A DNA stretch of 64,000 bases from Candidatus Hydrogenedentota bacterium (GTDB taxonomy: Bacteria > Hydrogenedentota > Hydrogenedentia > Hydrogenedentales > SLHB01): the NCBI GenBank assembly GCA_045863295.1, contig BTWA01000007.1:77889-141888 (forward strand), read 5' to 3'. The notes below the pieces were generated by a model, which ran no database searches, was not told the DNA's origin, and saw nothing but the letters and a program-made list of their open reading frames with translations. Below are positions 45,872-55,021 of the stretch, one piece after another; position 1 is the stretch's first letter, and every line of letters begins with the position of its first letter. The translations under genes were made by a program, and so were the position numbers.

Positions 45872-47496
45872 TTCTCCTGCGCGGTTAGATTGACCGAGGT
45901 TTCTGTTTCCGGCGAAGGTGTATCCCAGCCTCCGCCCAAAGCCTTGTAGAGTGCTATCAGGTCGGTCAATACGAAGCTTTCGCTCTGTACAAGCTGGTCT
46001 TCCGACAGGAACAGCTGCAATTGAGCCTGCAGCACGTTCAGGAAACCTTCCAAGCCACGTACATATCTTTCATTCGCAAGTTGAACGGCTTTTTCGTTTG
46101 CTTTGACCGCTTCTTCGAGCGACCTTCTGCGAATCTGTTGCTGGGCGAAAGATACCAGGCTGTTTTCGACGTCTTCCAAAGCGAAGAGAATAGTTCGCTC
46201 GTAGGCGATCAGGGCTTGTTCCTGACGCGCGTCCTGTACTTCTACGTTAGCAAGGATTCGCCCGCCTTGAAAGATGGGCCAATGGATGCTGGGGCCGACT
46301 GACCACAATTGATTTGAGGTACTCCACACATTTCCCAAGCTGGGACTTTGCCCGGCAAACGCACCGGTCAGGTAGAACTTTGGAAATAGGTCGGCTTTTG
46401 CCGCGCCTATCCGTGCCGTGGCGGCTGCGAGTTCTCGCTCCGCAGTGCGAATATCAGGCCTGCGGAGGAGGAGTTCCGAAGGCAACCCCACTGGAATTTC
46501 AGCAGGGGTCACCGGGATTGGAAGCGAGGGATAGAGCGTGTCGCGGAAAGAACCTGGGACTTCTCCGGCGAGTACGCCGAGGCGATGAATAGAACTTTCG
46601 ATTTGGGTATGCAGGACTGGCAACTGGGACTGCGTGGCGGCCAGCTGCGCTCTTGCCTGAGTGACATCGAGTTCGCTTGTCAGGCCTGCATCGAACCGGG
46701 CTTGCGTCAATTGTACGGTCTTTGCTTGTGCCTGGACATTTTTTTCGGTGATTTCCAGTCTGCGTTGGGTGGAACGCAACTCAATGTAGTTCAGCGCCAC
46801 CTCGGCGGCCATCGTAACTTGCACATCTCTGCGCCGTTCGATTTCTGCTTCGATGACTGCGCTTGCGGCCTCGGTTGCGCGGCGGTTTCCGCCAAAGACA
46901 TCGATTTCCCAACTTGCATCAAATCCTGCCTGATAGAGTCCCGATGTGCGATCGAATTTTTCGGGCGTGCTTCCGGGAGTGTAGTTATAACTGGTCGCTG
47001 AATCCTGGCCCGTAATGGTTGTGGTTGTGCTCAGGTCACCTCTTCGCGTCGTGAGGCTGCGCGAAATGCCGTTTGGCGACGTGGACAATCCGAACGAGAT
47101 GGGCGGTGCGGCCTGTTGATCGGGTTCCACCACTTGCCGTTCGGTCCATGATGCCGCGGCGTTGAGCGTTGGCCACAAAGCGGAGCCTGCGATACGTCTT
47201 GCGGCTCTGGCTTCACGCACGCGCGCTTCAGCGGTGCGGATTTCAAGGTTGTTCTCGAGGGTTTTGCCGATGAGTTCCGTGAGTACCGGGTCGTTCAACA
47301 GGGTCCACCACTGGCTCAAATCCGTGGATTGATCCACGGCGCCCCCTTCGCGAGGCGATGCCCATTCTGTGGGAATATCCACATCGGGCCGAGCATAGTC
47401 GGGTCCAGTTTTGCAGCCCGTACCCATGATCGTGCTTAAAGACAGAATGCAGGCGAAGATGATGTTGGCGACTCTATTTTGGCAAGTAGCACTCAT
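45868..47496 (-). CDS. RND efflux system outer-membrane factor lipoprotein (NodT/OprM/TolC family)
   Basis: Lipobox LSTIMGTGC, a conserved N-terminal PDYxRP motif (GPDYARPDVDIP), and two coiled-coil/beta-barrel repeats over 542 aa. Confidence 0.85.
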   Translation of the reverse strand: MSATCQNRVANIIFACILSLSTIMGTGCKTGPDYARPDVDIPTEWASPREGGAVDQSTDLSQWWTLLNDPVLTELIGKTLENNLEIRTAEARVREARAARRIAGSALWPTLNAAASWTERQVVEPDQQAAPPISFGLSTSPNGISRSLTTRRGDLSTTTTITGQDSATSYNYTPGSTPEKFDRTSGLYQAGFDASWEIDVFGGNRRATEAASAVIEAEIERRRDVQVTMAAEVALNYIELRSTQRRLEITEKNVQAQAKTVQLTQARFDAGLTSELDVTQARAQLAATQSQLPVLHTQIESSIHRLGVLAGEVPGSFRDTLYPSLPIPVTPAEIPVGLPSELLLRRPDIRTAERELAAATARIGAAKADLFPKFYLTGAFAGQSPSLGNVWSTSNQLWSVGPSIHWPIFQGGRILANVEVQDARQEQALIAYERTILFALEDVENSLVSFAQQQIRRRSLEEAVKANEKAVQLANERYVRGLEGFLNVLQAQLQLFLSEDQLVQSESFVLTDLIALYKALGGGWDTPSPETETSVNLTAQEN

Positions 47497-47509
47497 ACTG
47501 GATTACCGT

Positions 47510-50500
47510 TCAGTTCGTTGCTGGGACCGTCGAATCTGTTTCACGCTTTGGGGGGCGCCGGAAACGGAATTCGCTGATTCCCTGGATGATGACGAAAAAC
47601 AGCGGCACGAAGAACACGGCAAGAAACGTCGCCGCTATCATGCCACCCATGACGCCGGTTCCAATGGAGTGCCGGCCCGCGGCGCCGGCGCCCTCGCTTA
47701 TGGCCAGCGGCAACACACCGAGAATGAAAGCCAGCGAAGTCATCACGATGGGACGCAAGCGAAGCCTGGAGGCTTCCACAGCAGCCTCCACGATACCCTT
47801 TCCTTGTGCGCGAAGCACGGAGCAAAACTCAACGATGAGGATGGCGTTCTTTGCGGCGAGTCCAATCAAGGTCAACAGTCCTATTTGAAAATAGATGTCG
47901 CGCTCGAGGCCACGCAGGTATACCGCCAACACAGCGCCAAATACGCCACAGGGCACAGCGAGCAAAACGGCGAACGGCATGCTCCATTTTTCGTATTGCG
48001 CTGCCAATACGAGAAAGACCACGATCAGCCCGAACATGATAACGAAGGGCGCCTGGTTTCCGGCCTTGATCTCCTGGTATGACGCTCCGCTCCATTCGAA
48101 TCCATAACCCGGCGGCAGCGTTTCAGCGGCGATCTGCTTGATTTGTTCCGTGGCTTGGCCGGTACTGAATCCGGGGGCGGGGGACCCTGTTATTTGCACC
48201 GAAGGAAAGCTGTTGAATCGGCTCATTACGTTGGGCCCGGACCGGTATTGAATGTCGAGCACACTGGACAACTCGACCATCTTTCCCGCGTTGCTTCTCA
48301 CGAATATTTTTCGTATATCATCCGGGTGGGAGCGATATTGCGGCTCTGCCTGAAGCTGGACGCGATATATCCGGCCGTATTTGTTGAAGTCGTTGACATA
48401 CAGCGAGCCGAGGTAAGCCTGCAGCCCGTCAAAGATATTGGAGATTGGCAGGCCCATGGTCATGGCCCGTGTGCGGTCCACGGTCACGAAGAGTTGGGGC
48501 TGTGACACGTTCAACACGCTGGATACCCCCATGAACATGGGATCCTGACGCAACTTACCCACGAATTCGTCCGTGACGGCGGCGAGCTTGCGTACATCGC
48601 TGATACCCCGGCTCTCCAATTGCATTTCGAATCCTGCTCGCAAACCGAGCCCGCGCACAGCGGGAGGATTGAATGCCAGTACCAGGGCTTCCTGCATTCC
48701 CGCGAAGCGGCCGAATACGCGGCCGACAATGGCGTCTACATGATTCTCCGGGGCCATTCGCTCCGACCAATCCTTCAGATTGACAAACATGGCGCCGGCA
48801 CTTGTGCTTGCGGAGCGACCGGCCAGGAAGTCCTGTCCTCCGAGGGTAACGACCCGGGCGATTTCGGGTTGGTTCAGGAGGAAATCCTCCACCTGGCTCA
48901 TTACGGCCTTTGTGCGTTGGAGCGAAGCGCCTTGCGGCAATGACACGACGACCATGAAATACCCCTGGTCTTCCTGGGGCACGAACGCACTGGGGACGCG
49001 CTTGAACAGATCCGACGTAGCCCACAGGAGCACTGCGAAGAGGATAAGCGAGACAATGCCGAACTTGATTCCGAGACGTACCGAGCGCGTATAGAGGCTT
49101 GTCAAGACTCCAAAGATGTTGTCAAACCACCGGAAGAAAAAAGTTTTCGTGTGATTCGGTTTAAGCAGTACGCGACAGAGCGCGGGGCTCAATGTCAATG
49201 CCACGAGGCCTGAAATGGCTACCGAGATGGCAATTGTGACGGCAAACTGTTTGTACATGACGCCGGTCAGGCCGCCGAGGAAAGCCACGGGCAAATAGAC
49301 GGCAGAAAGCACGAGGACAATGGCAATGACGGGGCCTGTGACTTGATTCATGGCCTTGATGGTGGCTTCGCGCACGGGCAAATGTTCGTCGTGCATGATG
49401 CGTTCGACGTTTTCGACGACCACGATCGCGTCATCCACCACGATACCGATGGCGAGCACGAGGCCAAAGAGCGTAAGAGAGTTGATGGAGAATCCGAGGA
49501 GGAGCATGCCTGTAAATGTGCCGACGATGGCCACCGGGACGGCAATCAGGGGTATGATTGTGGCTCTCCAGCTTCCCAGAAACACGAAGACTACAAGAAT
49601 GACCAGTATGACGGCCTCGAAAAAGGTTTTTGCGACTTCGTAGATGGACACATTGATGAATTTTGTGGTGTCGAACGGAATATCGTATTGGACCCCTTTT
49701 GGGAACGCTGTTTGGAGGTTGTCGAGAGCTACCTTCAGGCCGTTCATTGAACTGAGGGCGTTAGCGCCGGGCTGCAGGAACGCGAGTATGAATGCTGTCG
49801 GTTTTCCATTCAGCCGGCCAAAGGAATCGTAGCTCAGCGATCCCAATTCGACACGTCCGATATCACGGATCTTGATGATGGAACCGTCTTCGGTGGCTCG
49901 CAAGATGATGTCTTCAAACTGCTCAGGTTCGTCGAACCGGCCCTCGGTAATTACGGGAATGGTAAAGGAGATTTCGCCACTCCCGGGTTCCGCGCCGATT
50001 CGTCCGGCGGCGTACAATCCGTTTTGTTCGCGAATCGCGTTGGCGACATCCGTGACGGTCAGTCCTTTTGCCGCCATTTTGTCGGGATCAATCCATATGC
50101 GCATGGAGTAGTCGCGCGCGCCGAACACGCTTACGTCGCCTATGCCAGGAACGCGTTTCAGGGAATCCAGCATATAGATGGTTGCGTAATTGCTTAGATA
50201 GAGGTCGTCGAACTGCGGGTCATCGGAATTCAAGGCGACGACGCAGAGGATATTATTCGAGCGTTTGATTACGGAAATGCCCTGGCGGATGACTTCCGCG
50301 GGCAACCGGGGTTCCGCACGTTTCAGTCGGTTTTGGGCTTCTACTGCCGCGATGTCCAAATCGGAGCCGATTTCGAAAGTCAGTGTGATTCCCAAGCTTC
50401 CGTCGTTGGCGCTTTGTGACTGGTAATAGAGCAGATTCTCAATGCCGCTCAATTCCTGTTCGATGGGTGCTGCGAGCGATTCGGCCACGGTTTCCGCGTT

Positions 50501-50659
50501 GGCTCCGGGGTAGTGCGCCAGGATTTCGACGGTTGGGGGCGTAATCTCCGGTGACTGTTCCACGGGCAGAAAATACATCGAGGCGAGGCCGCACAACGTG
50601 ATGATAATCGATAGCACGGATGCAAAAATGGGGCGATCGATGAAGAATTTGGAAATCAT
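47510..50659 (-). CDS. RND efflux transporter permease (AcrB/MexB/HAE1 family)
   Basis: 1049 aa. It opens with the canonical MISKFFIDRPIFASVLSIIITLCG and shows the 12-TM layout with two large periplasmic loops. Confidence 0.95.
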   Translation of the reverse strand: MISKFFIDRPIFASVLSIIITLCGLASMYFLPVEQSPEITPPTVEILAHYPGANAETVAESLAAPIEQELSGIENLLYYQSQSANDGSLGITLTFEIGSDLDIAAVEAQNRLKRAEPRLPAEVIRQGISVIKRSNNILCVVALNSDDPQFDDLYLSNYATIYMLDSLKRVPGIGDVSVFGARDYSMRIWIDPDKMAAKGLTVTDVANAIREQNGLYAAGRIGAEPGSGEISFTIPVITEGRFDEPEQFEDIILRATEDGSIIKIRDIGRVELGSLSYDSFGRLNGKPTAFILAFLQPGANALSSMNGLKVALDNLQTAFPKGVQYDIPFDTTKFINVSIYEVAKTFFEAVILVILVVFVFLGSWRATIIPLIAVPVAIVGTFTGMLLLGFSINSLTLFGLVLAIGIVVDDAIVVVENVERIMHDEHLPVREATIKAMNQVTGPVIAIVLVLSAVYLPVAFLGGLTGVMYKQFAVTIAISVAISGLVALTLSPALCRVLLKPNHTKTFFFRWFDNIFGVLTSLYTRSVRLGIKFGIVSLILFAVLLWATSDLFKRVPSAFVPQEDQGYFMVVVSLPQGASLQRTKAVMSQVEDFLLNQPEIARVVTLGGQDFLAGRSASTSAGAMFVNLKDWSERMAPENHVDAIVGRVFGRFAGMQEALVLAFNPPAVRGLGLRAGFEMQLESRGISDVRKLAAVTDEFVGKLRQDPMFMGVSSVLNVSQPQLFVTVDRTRAMTMGLPISNIFDGLQAYLGSLYVNDFNKYGRIYRVQLQAEPQYRSHPDDIRKIFVRSNAGKMVELSSVLDIQYRSGPNVMSRFNSFPSVQITGSPAPGFSTGQATEQIKQIAAETLPPGYGFEWSGASYQEIKAGNQAPFVIMFGLIVVFLVLAAQYEKWSMPFAVLLAVPCGVFGAVLAVYLRGLERDIYFQIGLLTLIGLAAKNAILIVEFCSVLRAQGKGIVEAAVEASRLRLRPIVMTSLAFILGVLPLAISEGAGAAGRHSIGTGVMGGMIAATFLAVFFVPLFFVIIQGISEFRFRRPPKRETDSTVPATN

Positions 50660-50668
50660 ACCTGCGCC

Positions 50669-51823
50669 TTACTCCGCGTCGGTATTGCTGGAAGTTTGCA
50701 TGGTTTTGACGGGATTGACCACGATTCCGGGCTGCACTTTCATCAATCCTTCCACGATCACCTTTTCGCCTTCAGCAAGGCCATCGTCGATGATCCAATC
50801 CTGGCCAACCCATGCCCCCGGTTTGACGGAGCGAAACTCGGCTTTGTTTCCTTCCGCGACGACATAGACATAGGCGCCTTGTGGTGATTGGCTCACGGCG
50901 CGCTGGGGTATGGCAATGGTTCCGGGCCTCTGCCAGCCACGGATATGGGCTCGGACAAATTGTCCCGGTTTGAGTGTATGTTCTGCGTTTCTAAAGGTGC
51001 CTCGAATTTCTACCGAACCTGAATCGAGATCTACAGACGTGGATTCGAAATCAATTGTTCCTTTTTCGGTATAGACCGTTCCATCGAGCAATGTAATTTC
51101 GAGATAGGGTTTTTCGTCGCCTGCGAGGATAATGCGCCCCGTTGCTTCGTCGTTTCTCATGCTCAGGTATTCGCGTTCACTGACTTGAAAACTCACGTAG
51201 ATTGGGTCTACCTGGTGCATGACGGTGAGCAGGCTGTTTTGAGATGCGTCGACAAGGCTGCCGATTTCTTTTTGAGCTTTTCCGACATATCCTTTCAACG
51301 GCGCGGAGATGACGGTATATCCGAGTTCCAATTCGGCCTTGGCCAATTGGGCTTTAGCGAGTTTAAGCGATGCAGCCGCATCTGATTGATCGGCGAGTTG
51401 ACGGTCCAAATCGCTTTCCGCAATGGCGCCCGGCACATTTACCGATTGGAGCCGTTTTACTTCCTGTTCCGCCAACTTTACGCGGGTCTGTGCCTGATCC
51501 ACGCGCGCGGCGGCAATTTGTTTATCGGCTTCAAACGGCCTTTGGTCGATAGTGAAAAGCTTTGTGCCTTCTTCGATCAGTGCGCCTTCCTCAAAATCGC
51601 GGGATTCGAGAAAACCTTGAACCCGGGCTCTGATTTCAACCGTTTTGGACGCTTCCGTCACACCCACGTATTCGTATGAAACCGGCAGTGTTTTTGCGTT
51701 GATTTCAATAACGGTTACGTCGGGCGGGGGCATTTGACCCGGAGGTCCTTGCGCATGGAGCGCTGGAGCCGCGAGCCACGCGACGAGGGCACAAAAGGCA
51801 AGTATCTGTGGTTTGGTTTGCAT
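50669..51823 (-). CDS. RND efflux periplasmic adaptor (membrane fusion protein, HlyD/AcrA family)
   Basis: Signal peptide, coiled-coil hairpin (AQTRVKLAEQEVKRLQS...LKLAKAQLAKAELELGYT) and lipoyl/beta-barrel segments. It sits immediately upstream of the RND pump gene. Confidence 0.85.
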   Translation of the reverse strand: MQTKPQILAFCALVAWLAAPALHAQGPPGQMPPPDVTVIEINAKTLPVSYEYVGVTEASKTVEIRARVQGFLESRDFEEGALIEEGTKLFTIDQRPFEADKQIAAARVDQAQTRVKLAEQEVKRLQSVNVPGAIAESDLDRQLADQSDAAASLKLAKAQLAKAELELGYTVISAPLKGYVGKAQKEIGSLVDASQNSLLTVMHQVDPIYVSFQVSEREYLSMRNDEATGRIILAGDEKPYLEITLLDGTVYTEKGTIDFESTSVDLDSGSVEIRGTFRNAEHTLKPGQFVRAHIRGWQRPGTIAIPQRAVSQSPQGAYVYVVAEGNKAEFRSVKPGAWVGQDWIIDDGLAEGEKVIVEGLMKVQPGIVVNPVKTMQTSSNTDAE

Positions 51824-51940
51824 GTTCCGCTGGTCCTTACTTCTTGCTCAGCGATTTCCGCGGCGGGCGCCTGATATACATCACATATGCACACCTGACC
51901 GAACACGCTTGCAGCACTATTCCAAGAGAGAGCGATGGGA

Positions 51941-52483
51941 TTACGATACGTTATCGGCCATGTGCAGCAACTCGTCCACCAGCTTTTTGCGTTGTTCGTG
52001 GCTGAATGGAGATACCTGGAGAAGTTCCATCAAGAAGAGCCCATCCGCTGCCAACAACAACAACGCCTTGCGTTCAAACATTTCTGCAGGCGACTTGTGG
52101 CCTTCGAACCGCTTTTCGTTGTATTCACGCACTGTGCTCATGAGCTGCGGCTCATTCGCGATAGCGGCGAGCATGGCCGCACTGACGCGGTCGTCCGAAT
52201 CCCGGCCGAGAAGGAGCGAAATGAGTTCCGCCTTCACTGCCCGGCTTGGTGTCTCGGGCAGGGATTGCAGGGTGGTTTCGCGTCGCGCATAGCTATGATT
52301 AATCAGACGCGCGATCATGCCTACGTGAAGCGCTTCTTTTGTAGGGAAGTGGTATAAGACGCCACCTTTGCTCACGCCCGCTTTTTCGGCGACTGCGTCC
52401 AAGGTGAGCCGAGCCGCGCCACCTTCCATCACTACGGCCTCCGCAGCGTCGAGGATCAGGTCTTTGCAACTGGGTCGTGGCAT
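51941..52483 (-). CDS. TetR/AcrR-family transcriptional repressor
   Basis: N-terminal HTH ILDAAEAVVMEGGAARLTLDAVAEKAGVSKGGVLYHFPTKEAL. 180 aa, transcribed in the same direction as and upstream of the efflux operon. Confidence 0.85.
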   Translation of the reverse strand: MPRPSCKDLILDAAEAVVMEGGAARLTLDAVAEKAGVSKGGVLYHFPTKEALHVGMIARLINHSYARRETTLQSLPETPSRAVKAELISLLLGRDSDDRVSAAMLAAIANEPQLMSTVREYNEKRFEGHKSPAEMFERKALLLLAADGLFLMELLQVSPFSHEQRKKLVDELLHMADNVS

Positions 52484-52501
52484 TTATGGGCACTCTGTAA
52501 C

Positions 52502-52521
52502 TATACCATCCGGACGGTATA
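52502..52521. promoter_or_regulatory. Near-perfect 20-bp palindrome TATACCaTCCGGAcGGTATA 19 nt upstream of the tetR start; candidate TetR operator
   Basis: Read directly from the sequence: tatacc / ggtata arms around the self-complementary tccgga core, one mismatch pair. Its position overlaps the likely tetR promoter. Confidence 0.4.
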
Positions 52522-52583
52522 CTAACTTTTACGTGTACTGCCTGTCAAGTAATTGATTTATTGGGAGACGGTGCGGAAGACGG

Positions 52584-52624
52584 CCACAGGGTGGAACGAC
52601 CCTTTCGGTCGTTCCACCCTGTGG
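52584..52624 (-). terminator. Perfect 18-bp stem / 5-nt loop hairpin (ccacagggtggaacgacc ctttc ggtcgttccaccctgtgg) downstream of the HEAT-repeat gene
   Basis: Read directly from the sequence, about 20 nt past the stop of 52645..54561 (minus strand). It lacks a U-tract, so it is either a rho-independent terminator without a poly-U or an RNA-stability element. Confidence 0.45.
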
Positions 52625-52644
52625 GAACTACGCTGGTTGTGCGG

Positions 52645-54561
52645 TCAGCCGCCGAGGCTGGTCAGGGTTCGTTGTGCTCTGTCTTTGATGCCTTCGTTGG
52701 TGGCTTTTCCCATCACGGCCTTCAGCGCTTCAATTGCGGGCGCTTTGCCGGCCTCCTGCTTGCCCAGTTCCGACGCGGCGCTCACAATGGCTGCTGCGGC
52801 CTCGTTTTGCACCGCCGGGTCATCCAAGTAGGGCTTCAATGCGTCCAGGGATCCCGGAGTGGGCAATGTACCCCATGCGCCGAGGACGAGCCATTTTTCC
52901 TCGGTTTTGGAAGCAATTCCCGTTGCCGTGGTCAGCATTTCGGCTTTCTTTGCGAGATCGGCCTCGGACCTCGCCAGGCGTACGTATCCACGAAGACCCA
53001 GGTCTTTTCGGGATGCATTGTCGCCCTGTGCCAGAGCGAGCAGGTGAGGAGCCGCTTCTGCGTTCGGCCAATCCGCCAATACACGGGCCGCCTCGTCGCT
53101 CAAGGATGCATCCGCATCTCCGAGCGCCGTGACGACAGCTTCAAGCGCTTTCGGGCTCCCTATGCGATTCAATGCGGCCAGGATCGCCACACGGGTCGAT
53201 GGAGACGTAGACGCCATGGAAGCGAGCAGTGCGGGCAGGACTTCGTCTCCGTAACTTCGGCTGATGGCATCCACGGCCTGTGCGGCTGCTCCGCGTTCGG
53301 CATCGTCTTTCGCGGCTTCCAATGTAGCGAGAATTGCCGGCATATCCTCCTTGCTTCCCAATACGGTCAAGGTTTTCAACGAAGCGAAGCGAACGTCCGC
53401 ATCCGCGTCCTTTATGTTTGCCGCGGCGAGTCCAGCCGCCTGAGGCGCCATGCGCCGGCCCAACAATTCAATGACGGGTGCTTTGACCTCGGCGGAGGAT
53501 GAAGCGACTGTGGCTGCCAATGCGGCATCGGCTTCCGCGCCTTTTAATTTGGTGAGTGCCTGCATGGCCAAGTCGGCGACCGTCTTATCGGGCGATGCGA
53601 GCAGTGCCGCAAGTGCGACGACGTCATCGGCATTGGCGAGTTTTCCGACGGCCTGAAATGCTGCGGCCTGGATGGCCTTGTCGTCGCTGCCGAGGAGTTC
53701 GAGGATGGTTTCACGCGCGGCCGGATCCTGGCGGTCGCCGAGACCCCGAATCAGCGCGGCCTGACCACCGGGCGGCAACGTGGGTAGTGTAGCCAGCAAG
53801 GCGCTGGTTGGCACGGAGCCGTCGGTTTTTTCTGAGACAATTTGCGCGGCCAGATCCCGGAAGACGGGGTCGTTACCGGCCAACGCCGCAATCAGGCGTT
53901 TTGGCGCTTGTTTTGGCCGCGTATCCATAACTGCTCGAAACGCGCCGGTCCGTACATACTCGGGTTCGCTTTCCGCGAGCAGCGCCTTCAGCACCGGCAT
54001 GGCCGCCTTGGGATTGCCGTCCGCGGCGAGTTGTTGTGCGGCTGCGAGCAATCCTTCGGCCAGCGGTGTGGACAGCGCATCCGCAGCGTTTTCTTTCACC
54101 GCCATCAGCGCCTTTGCTGCTTCTTCCGTGCCGATCCGGCCGAGTGCGCCGGCCGCTGATCGAGCGATTTCGGCATCCGCGTCGTTCAGAAGCTGTGCCA
54201 GCATCGAAGCGGCCTTGGCGTCCCGCCGCTCACCTAGCGAAATAATCACACCTGCCTTGTGGAGTCCGGTTGTAGAGGCCAGCGCATCACGCAGGGCCTG
54301 GTCGACTTCCGGATAGGGCATGGGTTCCAGGGCGTTGCGCGCTGCGTGGCCCAGTTTCTCCACGTTGAGCAGGGCCGCGAGGGCAGGTACGGACTTGGCG
54401 GTGCCCACGACCTGCAACGCGCGGCATGCCTCGAATTTGGCTTGCCATGCGGCATCACTCTGCAGCACGGCTATGAGTTCGTCTTCGTTGCCCGTATACT
54501 GGGCGAACGCAGCTGAGGCCAGAGCCGCTGTCAACAGCATGGCCAGCCCCGCCGATCGCAT
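52645..54561 (-). CDS. Secreted HEAT-repeat (PBS-lyase HEAT-like) protein
   Basis: Internal start MRSAGLAMLLTAALASAAFAQ (signal peptide). The rest is Ala/Leu-rich helical repeats of about 30 aa with recurring ...ALGxIGxxxAxxALxxLLxDxD... units. Confidence 0.7.
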   Translation of the reverse strand: MRSAGLAMLLTAALASAAFAQYTGNEDELIAVLQSDAAWQAKFEACRALQVVGTAKSVPALAALLNVEKLGHAARNALEPMPYPEVDQALRDALASTTGLHKAGVIISLGERRDAKAASMLAQLLNDADAEIARSAAGALGRIGTEEAAKALMAVKENAADALSTPLAEGLLAAAQQLAADGNPKAAMPVLKALLAESEPEYVRTGAFRAVMDTRPKQAPKRLIAALAGNDPVFRDLAAQIVSEKTDGSVPTSALLATLPTLPPGGQAALIRGLGDRQDPAARETILELLGSDDKAIQAAAFQAVGKLANADDVVALAALLASPDKTVADLAMQALTKLKGAEADAALAATVASSSAEVKAPVIELLGRRMAPQAAGLAAANIKDADADVRFASLKTLTVLGSKEDMPAILATLEAAKDDAERGAAAQAVDAISRSYGDEVLPALLASMASTSPSTRVAILAALNRIGSPKALEAVVTALGDADASLSDEAARVLADWPNAEAAPHLLALAQGDNASRKDLGLRGYVRLARSEADLAKKAEMLTTATGIASKTEEKWLVLGAWGTLPTPGSLDALKPYLDDPAVQNEAAAAIVSAASELGKQEAGKAPAIEALKAVMGKATNEGIKDRAQRTLTSLGG

Positions 54562-54637
54562 GAGGGTGCAAGACCCAAGTATCCCCTTCATCGTTCCACC
54601 TTTCTATCGAATGCCCGTTTTCTTGAATGGTCCGGTT

Positions 54638-55003
54638 CTATCTCATGGATTGGTCAAACGTCAGCCGGTTGCCAAACGGATCGACAACCTCGACGCAAAT
54701 GGAATTCCATGGCGTATTGCCAATGCCCGGCTTCATGTATGGGTTGGTCCGAGCATTCCATTCTGTGTGCAAAGCCTTTGCATCGTTCACACGAATGAAC
54801 ACCCTCGCTCCGGGAGAGCAATCGCCGTAATGCTCGGTCAGATGCAGAGTGCATGCATCTCTTGTCACTTGCATGTACCTCGGCGCGACCCCTTCAAACT
54901 GATGTTCCCATTCCAAAGCGAATCCCAGCCAATCGATGTAAAACGACTTTGCCATTGCATGGTCAAAGACTCGCAAAATGGGTATGGGCGCCATCAAGTT
55001 CAT
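54638..55003 (-). CDS. VOC (glyoxalase/bleomycin-resistance/dioxygenase) superfamily protein
   Basis: 121 aa with a beta-alpha-beta-beta-beta module pattern (ILRVFDHAMAKSFYIDWLGF...HLTEHYGD...VFIRVNDAKALHTEW) typical of small glyoxalase-fold proteins. Confidence 0.7.
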   Translation of the reverse strand: MNLMAPIPILRVFDHAMAKSFYIDWLGFALEWEHQFEGVAPRYMQVTRDACTLHLTEHYGDCSPGARVFIRVNDAKALHTEWNARTNPYMKPGIGNTPWNSICVEVVDPFGNRLTFDQSMR

Positions 55004-55021
55004 GATTCAGAAACCACTTTC

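Noticed and set aside
52561-53502. 313-aa plus-strand ORF
   Set aside because: Antisense to the HEAT-repeat gene (Ala codons GCN read as Cys/Arg/Gly-rich nonsense).
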